Positions 38,339 through 47,175 of a stretch of DNA of 64,000 nt are shown piece by piece. The notes beneath the pieces were generated by a model that had not been told where the DNA came from, made no database searches, and worked only from the letters and a program-made list of their open reading frames with translations. This DNA is from Patescibacteria group bacterium (GTDB lineage Bacteria; Patescibacteriota; Minisyncoccia; RBG-13-40-8-A). Numbering within the stretch: the first letter of the stretch is position 1; each line of letters opens with the position of its first letter. The stretch is taken from assembly GCA_018897295.1 (NCBI GenBank), contig JAHILA010000014.1, forward strand, positions 67,891-131,890. The letters are read 5' to 3'. A program made the translations under genes and the position numbers.

Positions 38339-39040
38339 ATGGCTGCGATTGAAAATCTTAATCAATTAGAGAAGAATTTTAAAATAAAATTTAAGAATAA
38401 AAGCTTGTTGCAACAGGCTTTTATTCATAGATCTTATTTAAATGAAAATCCCGGCTGCGAATCAGAGCAGAACGAACGTTTAGAATTTTTAGGCGATGCA
38501 GTAATTGAATTAGTGGTTACAAATTATCTTTTTAAGAATTATCCCAAGAATCCAGAAGGGGATTTAACTACTTGGCGAGCAGCTTTGGTTAATAGCAAGA
38601 TGCTGTCTGAAGTTGCTAATAAACTGGGATTTAATGATTATTTGATGCTTTCAAAAGGCGAAGGGCAGGACATAGGACGTGCCCGCCAATTTATTTTGGC
38701 TAATACATTTGAAGCAGTTGTCGGGGCGATTTATTTGGATAGAGGATTTGCTAAGGCGGAAAAATTTCTTTGTGAGAACTTAATTTGCGAACTAGAAAGA
38801 GTTTTAAGCGAGAAATTATATTTAGATCCAAAGAGCCATTTTCAGGAAGAAGCGCAGGGCAAGGAAGGGATTACGCCTAATTATGAATTAATTGAGCAGA
38901 AAGGTCCTGACCATGCCAGAAATTTTGTAGTTGGGGTATATTTAAAAGGGGACCTTATTGCTAAAGGCGATGGTCCGTCAAAGCAGGCAGCACAGGAAGA
39001 TGCAGCAAGAAAGGCGTTAAAAGAAAAGGGATGGGAGTAG
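38339..39040 (+). CDS. rnc: ribonuclease III
   Basis: ERLEFLGDAVIELVVTNYLF RNase III signature plus a C-terminal dsRBD. Confidence 0.9.
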   Translation: MAAIENLNQLEKNFKIKFKNKSLLQQAFIHRSYLNENPGCESEQNERLEFLGDAVIELVVTNYLFKNYPKNPEGDLTTWRAALVNSKMLSEVANKLGFNDYLMLSKGEGQDIGRARQFILANTFEAVVGAIYLDRGFAKAEKFLCENLICELERVLSEKLYLDPKSHFQEEAQGKEGITPNYELIEQKGPDHARNFVVGVYLKGDLIAKGDGPSKQAAQEDAARKALKEKGWE

Positions 39041-39082
39041 AGTCGATTGCCAAAATTATTTTTGTCTGTTATATTAAAATTC

Positions 39083-39472
39083 ATGTTAAAAATACGATTA
39101 CAGAGAATTGGAAAAAAGAATAGCCCGAGCTTTCGGGTTGTTTTGGTTGAACACACCATGAGGCCTCAGGGAAAATTTTTGGAACTGCTTGGCTCATATA
39201 ATAAAATTCAGAAACAGAAGAGTTTTAATAAAGAAAGAATCTTGTATCGGATTTCCAAAGGAGCGCAAGTTTCTCCAACCGTGCATAATTTATTAGTTGA
39301 TGAAAAGATTATTGATAAACCAAAGGTAAAAGCATGGAAGCCCAAGAAAAAAACAGTCGAAGAGGCGAAGAATGTTGTACCTCCGACGCCCGCTGAAGGC
39401 GGGGTCGGAGTCCCGACCTCTCCGCCAGATGCGGAGAGCGTCGGGATTGACATAGAACCAAAAAAGGAATAA
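39083..39472 (+). CDS. rpsP: 30S ribosomal protein S16 with C-terminal extension
   Basis: MLKIRLQRIGKKNSPSFRVVLVE S16 N-terminus; start moved to the internal ATG at 39083 (the ORF-track start at 39047 adds a non-conserved leader); the GC-rich tail (39380-39445) encodes PTPAEGGVGVPTSPPDAESVG. Confidence 0.8.
   Translation: MLKIRLQRIGKKNSPSFRVVLVEHTMRPQGKFLELLGSYNKIQKQKSFNKERILYRISKGAQVSPTVHNLLVDEKIIDKPKVKAWKPKKKTVEEAKNVVPPTPAEGGVGVPTSPPDAESVGIDIEPKKE
39380..39445. repeat. double GC hairpin element in the rpsP 3' tail
   Basis: CCGACGCCCGC-TGAA-GGCGGGGTCGG and GACCTCTCCGC-CAGAT-GCGGAGAGCGTC. Confidence 0.5.
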
Positions 39473-39554
39473 AATACATAAAAGATAGTAGCACTGCTAT
39501 CATCTGAAATGCAGAAAGGTCGGCTACTAGTAAATCCGTAATTCATTTAATCTA

Positions 39555-39884
39555 TTGAAAAACATGGCTAAAGCAAAAGATCAGGAATTTCTTGAATCAT
39601 TAGTTGAAGGCATTGTTAACAATCCAAAAGACGTTGAGATTGAAAGAATCGTCGATGAAATGGGCGTACTTTTAACCTTAAAAGTCAATCCGGAAGATAT
39701 GGGTGCTTTAATTGGCCGCGGTGGTTCAACAGCAGGAGCTATTAGAACTCTTTTAAGAATCGTTGGCGCCAAGAATAATGCCCGAGTTAATCTCAAGATT
39801 GAAGAGCCAGAAGGCGGGAAAAGACCCGCAGTTCGAGGCGAGAAAAAGGATGTTGACAGCGTAGTCGACGACCTCAAGATATAA
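39555..39884 (+). CDS. KH-domain RNA-binding protein (KhpA/YlqC-like), with C-terminal extension
   Basis: GALIGRGGSTAGAIRTLLRIVG KH GXXG motif; conserved position between rpsP and trmD. Confidence 0.7.
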   Translation: MKNMAKAKDQEFLESLVEGIVNNPKDVEIERIVDEMGVLLTLKVNPEDMGALIGRGGSTAGAIRTLLRIVGAKNNARVNLKIEEPEGGKRPAVRGEKKDVDSVVDDLKI

Positions 39885-39920
39885 CTTGCCCTGCCAAGGC
39901 GGGGTTCATAGAACTTGTCA

Positions 39921-39949
39921 AAAACCGTGCTATTTATGGCACGGTTTTT
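39921..39949 (+). terminator. Rho-independent terminator
   Basis: AAAACCGTGC-tatttatg-GCACGGTTTTT. Confidence 0.75.
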
Positions 39950-40066
39950 AGTTTGTTTAGTTATATACATTTTTTCTTGATCGTGAAAAAGTGTATATAT
40001 AACAATTATTGTAATTTTCCTTGTTTTTTAGTAAAATTTGTGGTATTTTAAAGTTGAAATAAATTT

Positions 40067-40690
40067 ATGAAGTTTAATATAATAACTATATTTCCGGATA
40101 TATTTGATTCGTATTTTTCCGAATCAATTATTAAACGAGCGCAAGCAAAAAAGCTTGTGGATATTAAAATTCATAATTTACGGGATTATACTGACGATAA
40201 GCATAGGCAGGTTGATGATAAGCCGTATGGCGGGGGGCCGGGAATGGTGATGATGGTGGAACCGATTTTAAAGGCGATCAAGAAAATAAAAAAGGGCAAA
40301 GCAAAAATTATTCTATTTTCTCCGAAAGGAAAGAAATTTAATCAAGAAATGGCGAAACGATTTAGTAAATTGAATCAATTGATTATGATTTGCGGGAGAT
40401 ATGAGGGAGTTGATGAAAGGGTTGCAAAATATATTGCTGACGAGGAAATTTCAATAGGAGATTATATTTTGACTGGCGGAGAAATTCCAGCGATGATTGT
40501 TGTTGATGCAGTAAGCCGTTTTATCCCCGGTGTTTTAGGAAAACATGAATCCTTGGAAGAAATTAAAGGCAGTTATCCGGTTTATACAAGACCAGAATCT
40601 ACCTTGATAAAAAATAAAAAAAGAATTGTCCCGAAAGTTTTATTATCCGGCAATCATAAAAAAATAGAAGAGTGGAGGAGAGGACTTTAG
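40067..40690 (+). CDS. trmD: tRNA (guanine37-N1)-methyltransferase
   Basis: [17 protein letters not shown] and a SPOUT knot region ([22 protein letters not shown]). Confidence 0.9.
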   Translation: MKFNIITIFPDIFDSYFSESIIKRAQAKKLVDIKIHNLRDYTDDKHRQVDDKPYGGGPGMVMMVEPILKAIKKIKKGKAKIILFSPKGKKFNQEMAKRFSKLNQLIMICGRYEGVDERVAKYIADEEISIGDYILTGGEIPAMIVVDAVSRFIPGVLGKHESLEEIKGSYPVYTRPESTLIKNKKRIVPKVLLSGNHKKIEEWRRGL

Positions 40691-40709
40691 CCCGAGCGAA
40701 GTCGAGGGC

Positions 40710-40738
40710 TTGACACGCGAATTAAATTTTTATACTAT
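40710..40738 (+). promoter_or_regulatory. sigma70-like promoter with an upstream GAGGGC motif
   Basis: GTCGAGGGCTTGACACGCGA...TATACT; same extended -35 context as the 16S and 23S promoters. Confidence 0.45.
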
Positions 40739-40842
40739 TTAAACATAAGAGATCCTTATTATTTGCTTCGGCAGTAATAAGTAACGAGAGGCCCCTTTGG
40801 GTCTCTTGTTTTAAGTTCAACATAAGAATATACTAAAATTAT

Positions 40843-41436
40843 ATGGTTTATGATAATAAATTAAAACAAGTTTCGAAAGTCGCTGTTTTTATAGATAACA
40901 GTAATGTATTTAAAATTATTCAGTATTTAAGAAAATCAGACCCTAAATGGATTAGTCTTTACGATCCGTTAAAATTGGCTGAAAAATTGGTAGGAAATAG
41001 AAATTTGGCGTATGTAGGATTTTATTGCGTCCAGCCACCTTCTTACTTATTAGGCGAAGATGAATGGCATATTAAAATATATAAAATTACACAAAAATAT
41101 TATTCCGAAATTGAAAAAATGCCCTTGGTACATGTAAAATATGGAAATCTAAGGGGTCCAAAAGGTTCCTTGCAAGAGAAAAATGTTGATACGCAACTTG
41201 CTACTGATATGGTAGCCATGGCAGCTACTGGTGCATATAATACGGCAATTATAGTTTCTAATGACGGAGATTATGAGAGCGCAGTTAATTTAGTTAAAAA
41301 TACATTTGGCAAAAAGGTGGAGGTGGTTTTTTTCAAGGGACGTCTTTCAATGAACCTAGAAAAGTCATGTGATGTTAAAAGAAGGGCACGACGTTCCTTT
41401 TTTGAATTATTAGATTTTGATAAAAATACATTTTAA
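40843..41436 (+). CDS. NYN-domain (LabA/DUF88-like) protein
   Basis: VAVFIDNSNV, EKNVDTQLATDM, SNDGDYESAV motifs of NYN/LabA nuclease-like domains. Confidence 0.6.
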   Translation: MVYDNKLKQVSKVAVFIDNSNVFKIIQYLRKSDPKWISLYDPLKLAEKLVGNRNLAYVGFYCVQPPSYLLGEDEWHIKIYKITQKYYSEIEKMPLVHVKYGNLRGPKGSLQEKNVDTQLATDMVAMAATGAYNTAIIVSNDGDYESAVNLVKNTFGKKVEVVFFKGRLSMNLEKSCDVKRRARRSFFELLDFDKNTF

Positions 41437-41495
41437 GCGTAAAAAAGAAAATTTTGATGTATTATTAAATAATAGTTAATTTTTAAAAATAATTT

Positions 41496-41765
41496 ATGGA
41501 GAACAATAAAGAAAAATCATTTTTAGTAGATACGACCGATCAACATAAACAAGGAGAAGGTGTTGAAATTTTAAGCGCTAAAATGCCTAAAAAAACAAAT
41601 GATGATCAGAATATAGCAAAAAAATTTCAAGAACATAAAAAAACAGGATTTATTAAAAAAATATTCAGCAATGAATCACACTGGTTTTGGGGATTACTTA
41701 CAATAGCATTTATTATTTATTGTATTTGGGAATCGTTGAAATACGGCAATGAATGGTGGCGTTAG
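41496..41765 (+). CDS. small protein with a C-terminal TM segment, unknown
   Basis: 89-aa ORF; hydrophobic WFWGLLTIAFIIYCIW near the C-terminus. Confidence 0.35.
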   Translation: MENNKEKSFLVDTTDQHKQGEGVEILSAKMPKKTNDDQNIAKKFQEHKKTGFIKKIFSNESHWFWGLLTIAFIIYCIWESLKYGNEWWR

Positions 41766-41808
41766 AAATTTTTAATTTTTTCCTCGTAGTTTAAAAACAA
41801 AGAGGGGC

Positions 41809-41837
41809 TTGACACGTGATTTTAATTGATATATATT
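41809..41837 (+). promoter_or_regulatory. candidate 16S rRNA promoter
   Basis: AGAGGGGCTTGACA-N17-TATATT about 250 nt upstream of the 16S 5' end. Confidence 0.5.
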
Positions 41838-42086
41838 TTAAACACATAATTAATTAACCCCAGTAGTACAAACCTTTGGTTTGACTACGGGGCAAGCATA
41901 ATTCTTATGTAAAAAGAGCGAACAATTAAACGTACTTTAAAACAGAGTTTAGTTTTGGAATTTAGTTCAAAAATTGAGCTCTGTTTTAAATTGTTCTTTA
42001 AAATAGAAATATGTAATTGTACAGTAAGTTTGTGTGAGTTATTAGAGATCGAATCTTTTATAGTTGTTCTGATACAACTAAAATTA

Positions 42087-43560
42087 TTATTGAGAGTTTG
42101 ATCCTAGCTCAGGACGAACGCTGGCGGCGTGGATAAGGCATGCAAGTCGAATGGGTTTAGACCCATGGCGAACGAGTTAGTAACACGTAGGTACATCCCT
42201 CTGACTTGGGCATAACCCCGCGAAAGCGGGGATAATTCCCAATGGTGTCCCGATTTATCGGGACTAAAGGTTCCGGTGCAAATCGGAATCGGTGAGAGAG
42301 TGGCCTGCGGCCTATCAGCTAGTTGGTGAGGTAATAGCTTACCAAGGCTATGACGGGTAGGGGGCGTGAGAGCGTGTTCCCCAACGAGGGCACTGAGATA
42401 CGGGCCTTACTCCTACGGGAGGCAGCAGTCGAGAATCTTCCACAATGGGCGAAAGCCTGATGGAGCGACGCCGCGTGCATGAAGAAGTCCTTCGGGATGT
42501 AAAATGCTTTTATAAGGGAGCAATTTTTTGAGTGTACCTTATGAATAAGGGGTTGCTAAACTCGTGCCAGCAGCAGCGGTAATACGAGTGCCCCAAGCGT
42601 TGTCCGGAATTACTGGGCGTAAAGCGTCTGTAGGGGGTTTGATACGTCTTCTGTTAAATTTCGATGCTCAACATCGGAGCTGCAGGGGAAACGGTCAGAC
42701 TAGAGAGTGTGAGAGGCTGATGGAACTTAAGGAGTAGGGGTGAAATCCGTTGATACTTTAGGGAACACCAAAGGCGAAGGCATTCAGCTGGTGCATTTCT
42801 GACCCTGAGAGACGAAAGCGTGGGGAGCAAAAAGGATTAGATACCCTTGTAGTCCACGCCCTAAACTATGAATACTAGCTGTCTGAAGTATCGACCCTTC
42901 AGGTGGCGAAGCTAACGCGTTAAGTATTCCGCCTGGGAAGTACGGTCGCAAGACTAAAACTCAAAGGAATAGACGGGAGCTTGCACAAGCGGTGGAGCGT
43001 CTGGTTTAATTCGATGATAAGCGTAGAACCTTACCAGGACTTGAAATTCTAGTGAAACCCCGATGAAAGTCGGGTCTTCTACAAGGACACTAGAACAGGT
43101 GCTGCATGGTTGTCGTCAGCTTGTGGCGTGAGTTGCTCCGTTAATTCGGGTAACAAGCGCAACCCCTGTTGTCTGTTATATGTGTCAGACGAAACTGCCC
43201 CGTGATACGGGGAGGAAGGTAGGGATGACGCCAAATCAGCATGGCCCTCTGATGTCCTGGGCAACACAGGCGCTACAATGGCCGATACAATGGGTTGCCA
43301 AGCCGTAAGGTGGAGCCAATCCCATCAAAGTCGGTCCCAGTTCGGATTGGGGTCTGCAATTCGACCCCATGAAGTTGGAATCGCTAGTAATCGCAGATCA
43401 GCTACGCTGCGGTGAATACGTTCTCAAGCTTTGTACTCACTGCCTGTCACACCAGAGAAGCCGGGGGCACCTGACATTCTCGCATTGCGGGACCTAAGGT
43501 GAATTCGGTGACTAGGGTGAAGTCATAACAAGGCATCCGTAGGGGAACCTGTGGATGGAA
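42087..43560 (+). rRNA. 16S ribosomal RNA (3' boundary uncertain; canonical anti-SD not present after helix 45)
   Basis: AGAGTTTGATCCTAGCTCAG 5' end, internal universal blocks, 3' GTAGGGGAACCTGTGGATGGA; 515-site variant GTGCCAGCAGCAGCGGTAA. Confidence 0.9.
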
Positions 43561-43671
43561 AATATTTTTACTTAGTAACCATTTTGGATGCTAAGGAGAG
43601 TCGATTGAATCCGCCTTTGCGTAAAGCTTCGGCGGACAAGAGGGATTTAGATTTTTGTCCAAATAAAAATC

Positions 43672-43704
43672 AGGCCCGCTTCGACTCGCGAAGCGAGGCG
43701 AGTA
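43672..43704. repeat. GC palindrome element downstream of the 16S body
   Basis: GCCCGCTTCGACTCGCGAAGCGAGGCGAG (GCTTCG-ACTCG-CGAAGC). Confidence 0.5.
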
Positions 43705-43734
43705 TCAGGATAACTATAAAAGATTTGATTCAAA

Positions 43735-43761
43735 AAATCCTCCGCGTTGCGGGGGATTTTT
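43735..43761 (+). terminator. terminator-like hairpin containing the only CCTCC near the 16S 3' end
   Basis: AATCCTCCGCG-TTG-CGGGGGATTTTT. Confidence 0.45.
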
Positions 43762-43832
43762 AGTTCTCTATTGCATATTGTATTATTTTAGCTGTATAAT
43801 AGAATTAGTAATTATTAAATAAAAAAAACATT

Positions 43833-43991
43833 ATGGCAGATGTAGCATACTGCGTAAAATGCAGAAAAAAAGAAGAGATGAAAAATGCAGTAGAGGTTAA
43901 AATGAAAGGGAAGGGGGGAGACAGAAGGGCATTGAAAGGAATTTGTCCTGTTTGTGGAACTGGAATGTTCAGGATTTTAGGCAAAGCTTAA
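43833..43991 (+). CDS. small zinc-ribbon protein (52 aa), candidate
   Basis: CVKC-x24-CPVC; below the ORF-track size cutoff; followed by a hairpin AATCCCGCG-ACG-CGGGATT; no SD. Confidence 0.35.
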   Translation: MADVAYCVKCRKKEEMKNAVEVKMKGKGGDRRALKGICPVCGTGMFRILGKA

Positions 43992-44048
43992 AAGATTTTA
44001 AAAAATCTTATCAAAATTAATCCCGCGACGCGGGATTAATTTTGAGAA

Positions 44049-44120
44049 GGGCGTGTAGTTCACCGGTAGAACGCTTCACTGATAATGAAGAAGTAGAAGG
44101 TTCGACTCCTTCCACGCCCA
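44049..44120 (+). tRNA. tRNA-Ile (anticodon GAT)
   Basis: Manual cloverleaf: GGGCGTG/CACGCCC acceptor, anticodon loop CTGATAA, T-arm GAAGG-TTCGACT-CCTTC. Confidence 0.8.
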
Positions 44121-44143
44121 CTCAACTCGTCTTAATTTTGTTC

Positions 44144-44214
44144 GGGCCTATAGTTTAATGGTAGAACACCGCATTTGCAATGCGGAAATAGCAGTCCGAT
44201 TCTGCTTAGGTCCA
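44144..44214 (+). tRNA. tRNA-Ala (anticodon TGC)
   Basis: G3:U70 identity pair, anticodon loop TTTGCAA; T-loop slightly atypical. Confidence 0.7.
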
Positions 44215-44218
44215 CAAT

Positions 44219-44247
44219 TAAAAAATCTCGCTATGCGAGATTTTTTA
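44219..44247. terminator. bidirectional Rho-independent terminator (tRNA cluster / murC)
   Basis: AAAAATCTCGC-TAT-GCGAGATTTTTT. Confidence 0.75.
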
Positions 44248-44262
44248 ATATTTTAATTCATC

Positions 44263-45567
44263 TTATTTTTTCATTTCTTCTCCAATCTTATATACATCTC
44301 CCGCGCCGAGAAAGAGAATAATACTATTTTTATCAGTATTTTGTTCCAAATAGTTTTTTATTTCGTCAAAACTACTGATGTATTTCGCATTGACGGTCTG
44401 CATTGCTTTAACTAAATCTTTGGAATGGATTGTGTGGTCATCTTTTTCACGCGTAGCATAGATATCAGTGATAATAACTTCATTTGCCAAATTAAAACTT
44501 TCTGCAAAATCATTTAATAAAAGTTTTGTGCGCGAATATAAATGCGGTTGGAAAACAACAATCAGTTTATAGTTTGGATATTGTTCGTTGCAGGTTTTTA
44601 AAGTTGCTTTTATTTCTGTGGGGTGGTGGCCGTAGTCATTGTAAAGTAATGCGCCATTTTTTGCATTGCCCATAAATTCAAACCTGCGCCAGGTGCCAGT
44701 ATAATTTTTTAGGATTTTTAAAGCGGTTTTTTCTTCTATTCCGCACAATTTGGCCGCGTCAAACGCGGCTTGCGCATTTTTAAGATTGTGTTCGCCGGGA
44801 ATGGATAATTTAATATCGGCTTTTCCTTCATTATAATCAATTATCTTTGCCAATTGGTTTATTTTTTTTGCTTTTTTAATTGCTTTGTCCGTATTTTCGT
44901 CATTTAAATCGCAGATAATATATTCTTTTGTTTTGGCGATTAATTTTGCAAAAGCATTTTGGATGTTTTCAATATTTTCATAATAATCCAAATGGTCACT
45001 ATCAATATTTAAAATTACGAGAATATTCGGAGTCAGGTTCAAGAATGATTCTTTATATTCGCAGGCTTCAACAATAAAATATTTACTGCTTCCTAAAACA
45101 AAATTATCTTCCTGTTTTTTTAAAAATCCGCCGACAACAACAGTAGGGTCTAAGTTTCCATAAATCATCAATTCAGCAAGCATGGAAGTAGTGGTTGTTT
45201 TGCCGTGGGCTCCGGATATGGCAATGGTATACATATCTTTGGAAATCAATCCAAGGATTTCTGGATACGAATAAATTGGAATGTTTAGCGTTCTGCCATA
45301 AATTAATTCTGGATTATCCTCGGTTATGGCAGGGGAGTAGATAATCATATTTGTATCTGAAGGCAGATTTTCTTTTTTGTGGTCAATAAAAACCTTCCCC
45401 CCGATTTTTTCAATCCGTTCAGTCGTTTTTCCCGCGGAAATATCAGAACCAGTAACCTTTATACCTTTTAACCGCGCCATTCTGGCAATTGCAGACACTC
45501 CGACACCCCCAATTCCGATAAAATGTATTTTCTTAACGTGGTCGAACATAAGTTTAAATTTTATCAC
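44263..45567 (-). CDS. murC: UDP-N-acetylmuramate--L-alanine ligase
   Basis: IHFIGIGGVGVSAIA N-terminal Rossmann, GAHGKTTTTSM P-loop, Mur ligase C-domain. Confidence 0.85.
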   Translation of the reverse strand: MIKFKLMFDHVKKIHFIGIGGVGVSAIARMARLKGIKVTGSDISAGKTTERIEKIGGKVFIDHKKENLPSDTNMIIYSPAITEDNPELIYGRTLNIPIYSYPEILGLISKDMYTIAISGAHGKTTTTSMLAELMIYGNLDPTVVVGGFLKKQEDNFVLGSSKYFIVEACEYKESFLNLTPNILVILNIDSDHLDYYENIENIQNAFAKLIAKTKEYIICDLNDENTDKAIKKAKKINQLAKIIDYNEGKADIKLSIPGEHNLKNAQAAFDAAKLCGIEEKTALKILKNYTGTWRRFEFMGNAKNGALLYNDYGHHPTEIKATLKTCNEQYPNYKLIVVFQPHLYSRTKLLLNDFAESFNLANEVIITDIYATREKDDHTIHSKDLVKAMQTVNAKYISSFDEIKNYLEQNTDKNSIILFLGAGDVYKIGEEMKK

Positions 45568-45629
45568 AGAGAATCTTTGTTGCCAAATTAATTTTGTGCT
45601 ATAATTAATTATGTTATAATTAAATTAAA

Positions 45630-45678
45630 GGTCGACCTGCCTGCAACGTCAGCAAACTGTCTTGCGTGGCGGGCAGGG
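45630..45678. repeat. GC palindrome element in the divergent intergenic region
   Basis: GACCTGCCTGCAACG...CGTGGCGGGCAGGG. Confidence 0.45.
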
Positions 45679-45703
45679 AATTAAGAATTAAAATTATTTT
45701 ATT

Positions 45704-46372
45704 ATGTTAGAAATATTACTTGATTCATTGACGCAAATTTGGCAGAGCTTTATTGAGTTCTTACCGACATTATTGGCATCTTTAATCGTTTTCATTGTAG
45801 GCTGGTTGATTGCTATATTCTTGGGCAAGATGGTTAACCGAATGATAAAAGCTATAAAACTTGATCTGCTTTTAGAAAGGCTTAATTTTCAGAAAGCATT
45901 AGCCAAAGCAAGATTAAAATTGGACTCTCCGAAGTTTTTTGAAGAACTTGTAAAATGGTTTTTCATTATCGTTTTCTTAATGACAGCAGTTGAGATTTTA
46001 GGATTAGTAGAGGTAACTCTGTTTTTAAAGGGCATCCTTTATTACATACCTAATGTTGTGATTGCCGCTATCATGCTTTTGGCCGCAGCTATTGTTGCGA
46101 AGTTTATGCAGAAATTAGTGAAAGCCAGTGCTGATACTGCCGGCCTTTCATCAGCAAATGCGATTTCCGGAGTTGTGAAGTGGGCAATTTTGATTTTCGG
46201 TTTTGTAATTGCTTTAACCCAATTAGGAATTGCCGCAGCTTTAATCCAGACAATCATTATTGGAATTATTGCTATGATTACGATTGCAGGCGGTCTTGCA
46301 TTCGGCCTAGGAGGAAAGGATCTGGCAGCTAATATTCTGGACAAAATTAGGCAGGATTTAAGCGATAGATAG
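45704..46372 (+). CDS. membrane protein with conserved TM-helix repeats (MscS/CmpX-like family, tentative)
   Basis: Repeated hydrophobic helices with G/A-rich faces; no enzymatic motif. Confidence 0.4.
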   Translation: MLEILLDSLTQIWQSFIEFLPTLLASLIVFIVGWLIAIFLGKMVNRMIKAIKLDLLLERLNFQKALAKARLKLDSPKFFEELVKWFFIIVFLMTAVEILGLVEVTLFLKGILYYIPNVVIAAIMLLAAAIVAKFMQKLVKASADTAGLSSANAISGVVKWAILIFGFVIALTQLGIAAALIQTIIIGIIAMITIAGGLAFGLGGKDLAANILDKIRQDLSDR

Positions 46373-46383
46373 TAATAGAGGAC

Positions 46384-46412
46384 TTGACACGCGATTTTTT
46401 ACCATTTACAAT
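46384..46412 (+). promoter_or_regulatory. candidate 23S rRNA promoter
   Basis: GAGGACTTGACA-N17-TACAAT about 200 nt upstream of the 23S 5' end. Confidence 0.55.
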
Positions 46413-47136
46413 GGTAGTGTTGTTAGTTTATATGAGAAAAAACCAAAAACAATTTATAAAAAAGAGCGGTTGATAAAACCAGGTATTTTCATACCCGTGG
46501 ATGTCAAACCGCTAAAAGCGGTTTTTTCAATCCTGAACTTTGAAAATTGAATATGTATAGCAAGTAATAAAAGTAATAATAAGTAGTAGTATCTATAAAT
46601 TGCCAGCTATATTAAGCAGGTTATATATTAAGGGTGTATGGTGGATGCCTTGACATTAGAAGACGAAGAAGGACGTGGCGTAACTGCGATAAGCCTCGGG
46701 GAGGTGTGTAGCGACCTTAGATCCGGGGATGTCCGAATGGGGAAACCCAATATAGTGATAAACTATATTATCCCGACTTTATTGTTGGGAGGTGAACTCG
46801 GCGAAGTAAAACATTTCAGTAGCCGGAGGAACAGAGAAAAACTTTATTCCCCAAGTAGTGGCGAGCGAAAAGGGAAGAGCCCAAACCTGATGGTCCCGCA
46901 TTTGTGGGATTATTAGGGGTAGTAAGATAGTGACGTCGGGAGAAATCCCGGGGAGTGAATACAAAACTAAGACTTCCTTAGTTGAAAGGGATGGAAAGCC
47001 CTACCGAAGAAGGTAATAGTCCTGTAAGCGAAAAGGGTCTTATACTCCTAGTCATTAATCTTGAGTACCGCGAGAACATGCAGTCTCGCGGGAATCATCC
47101 TGAACTATCTAGGAAAGGCTAAATACTTCTAATGAT

Positions 47137-47175
<39 letters not shown>

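Noticed and set aside
39047-39082. Upstream start for rpsP giving MPKLFLSVILKF leader
   Set aside because: S16 homology begins at MLKIRLQRIG (ATG 39083). The upstream codons overlap a promoter-like TTGCCA-N17-TATATT.
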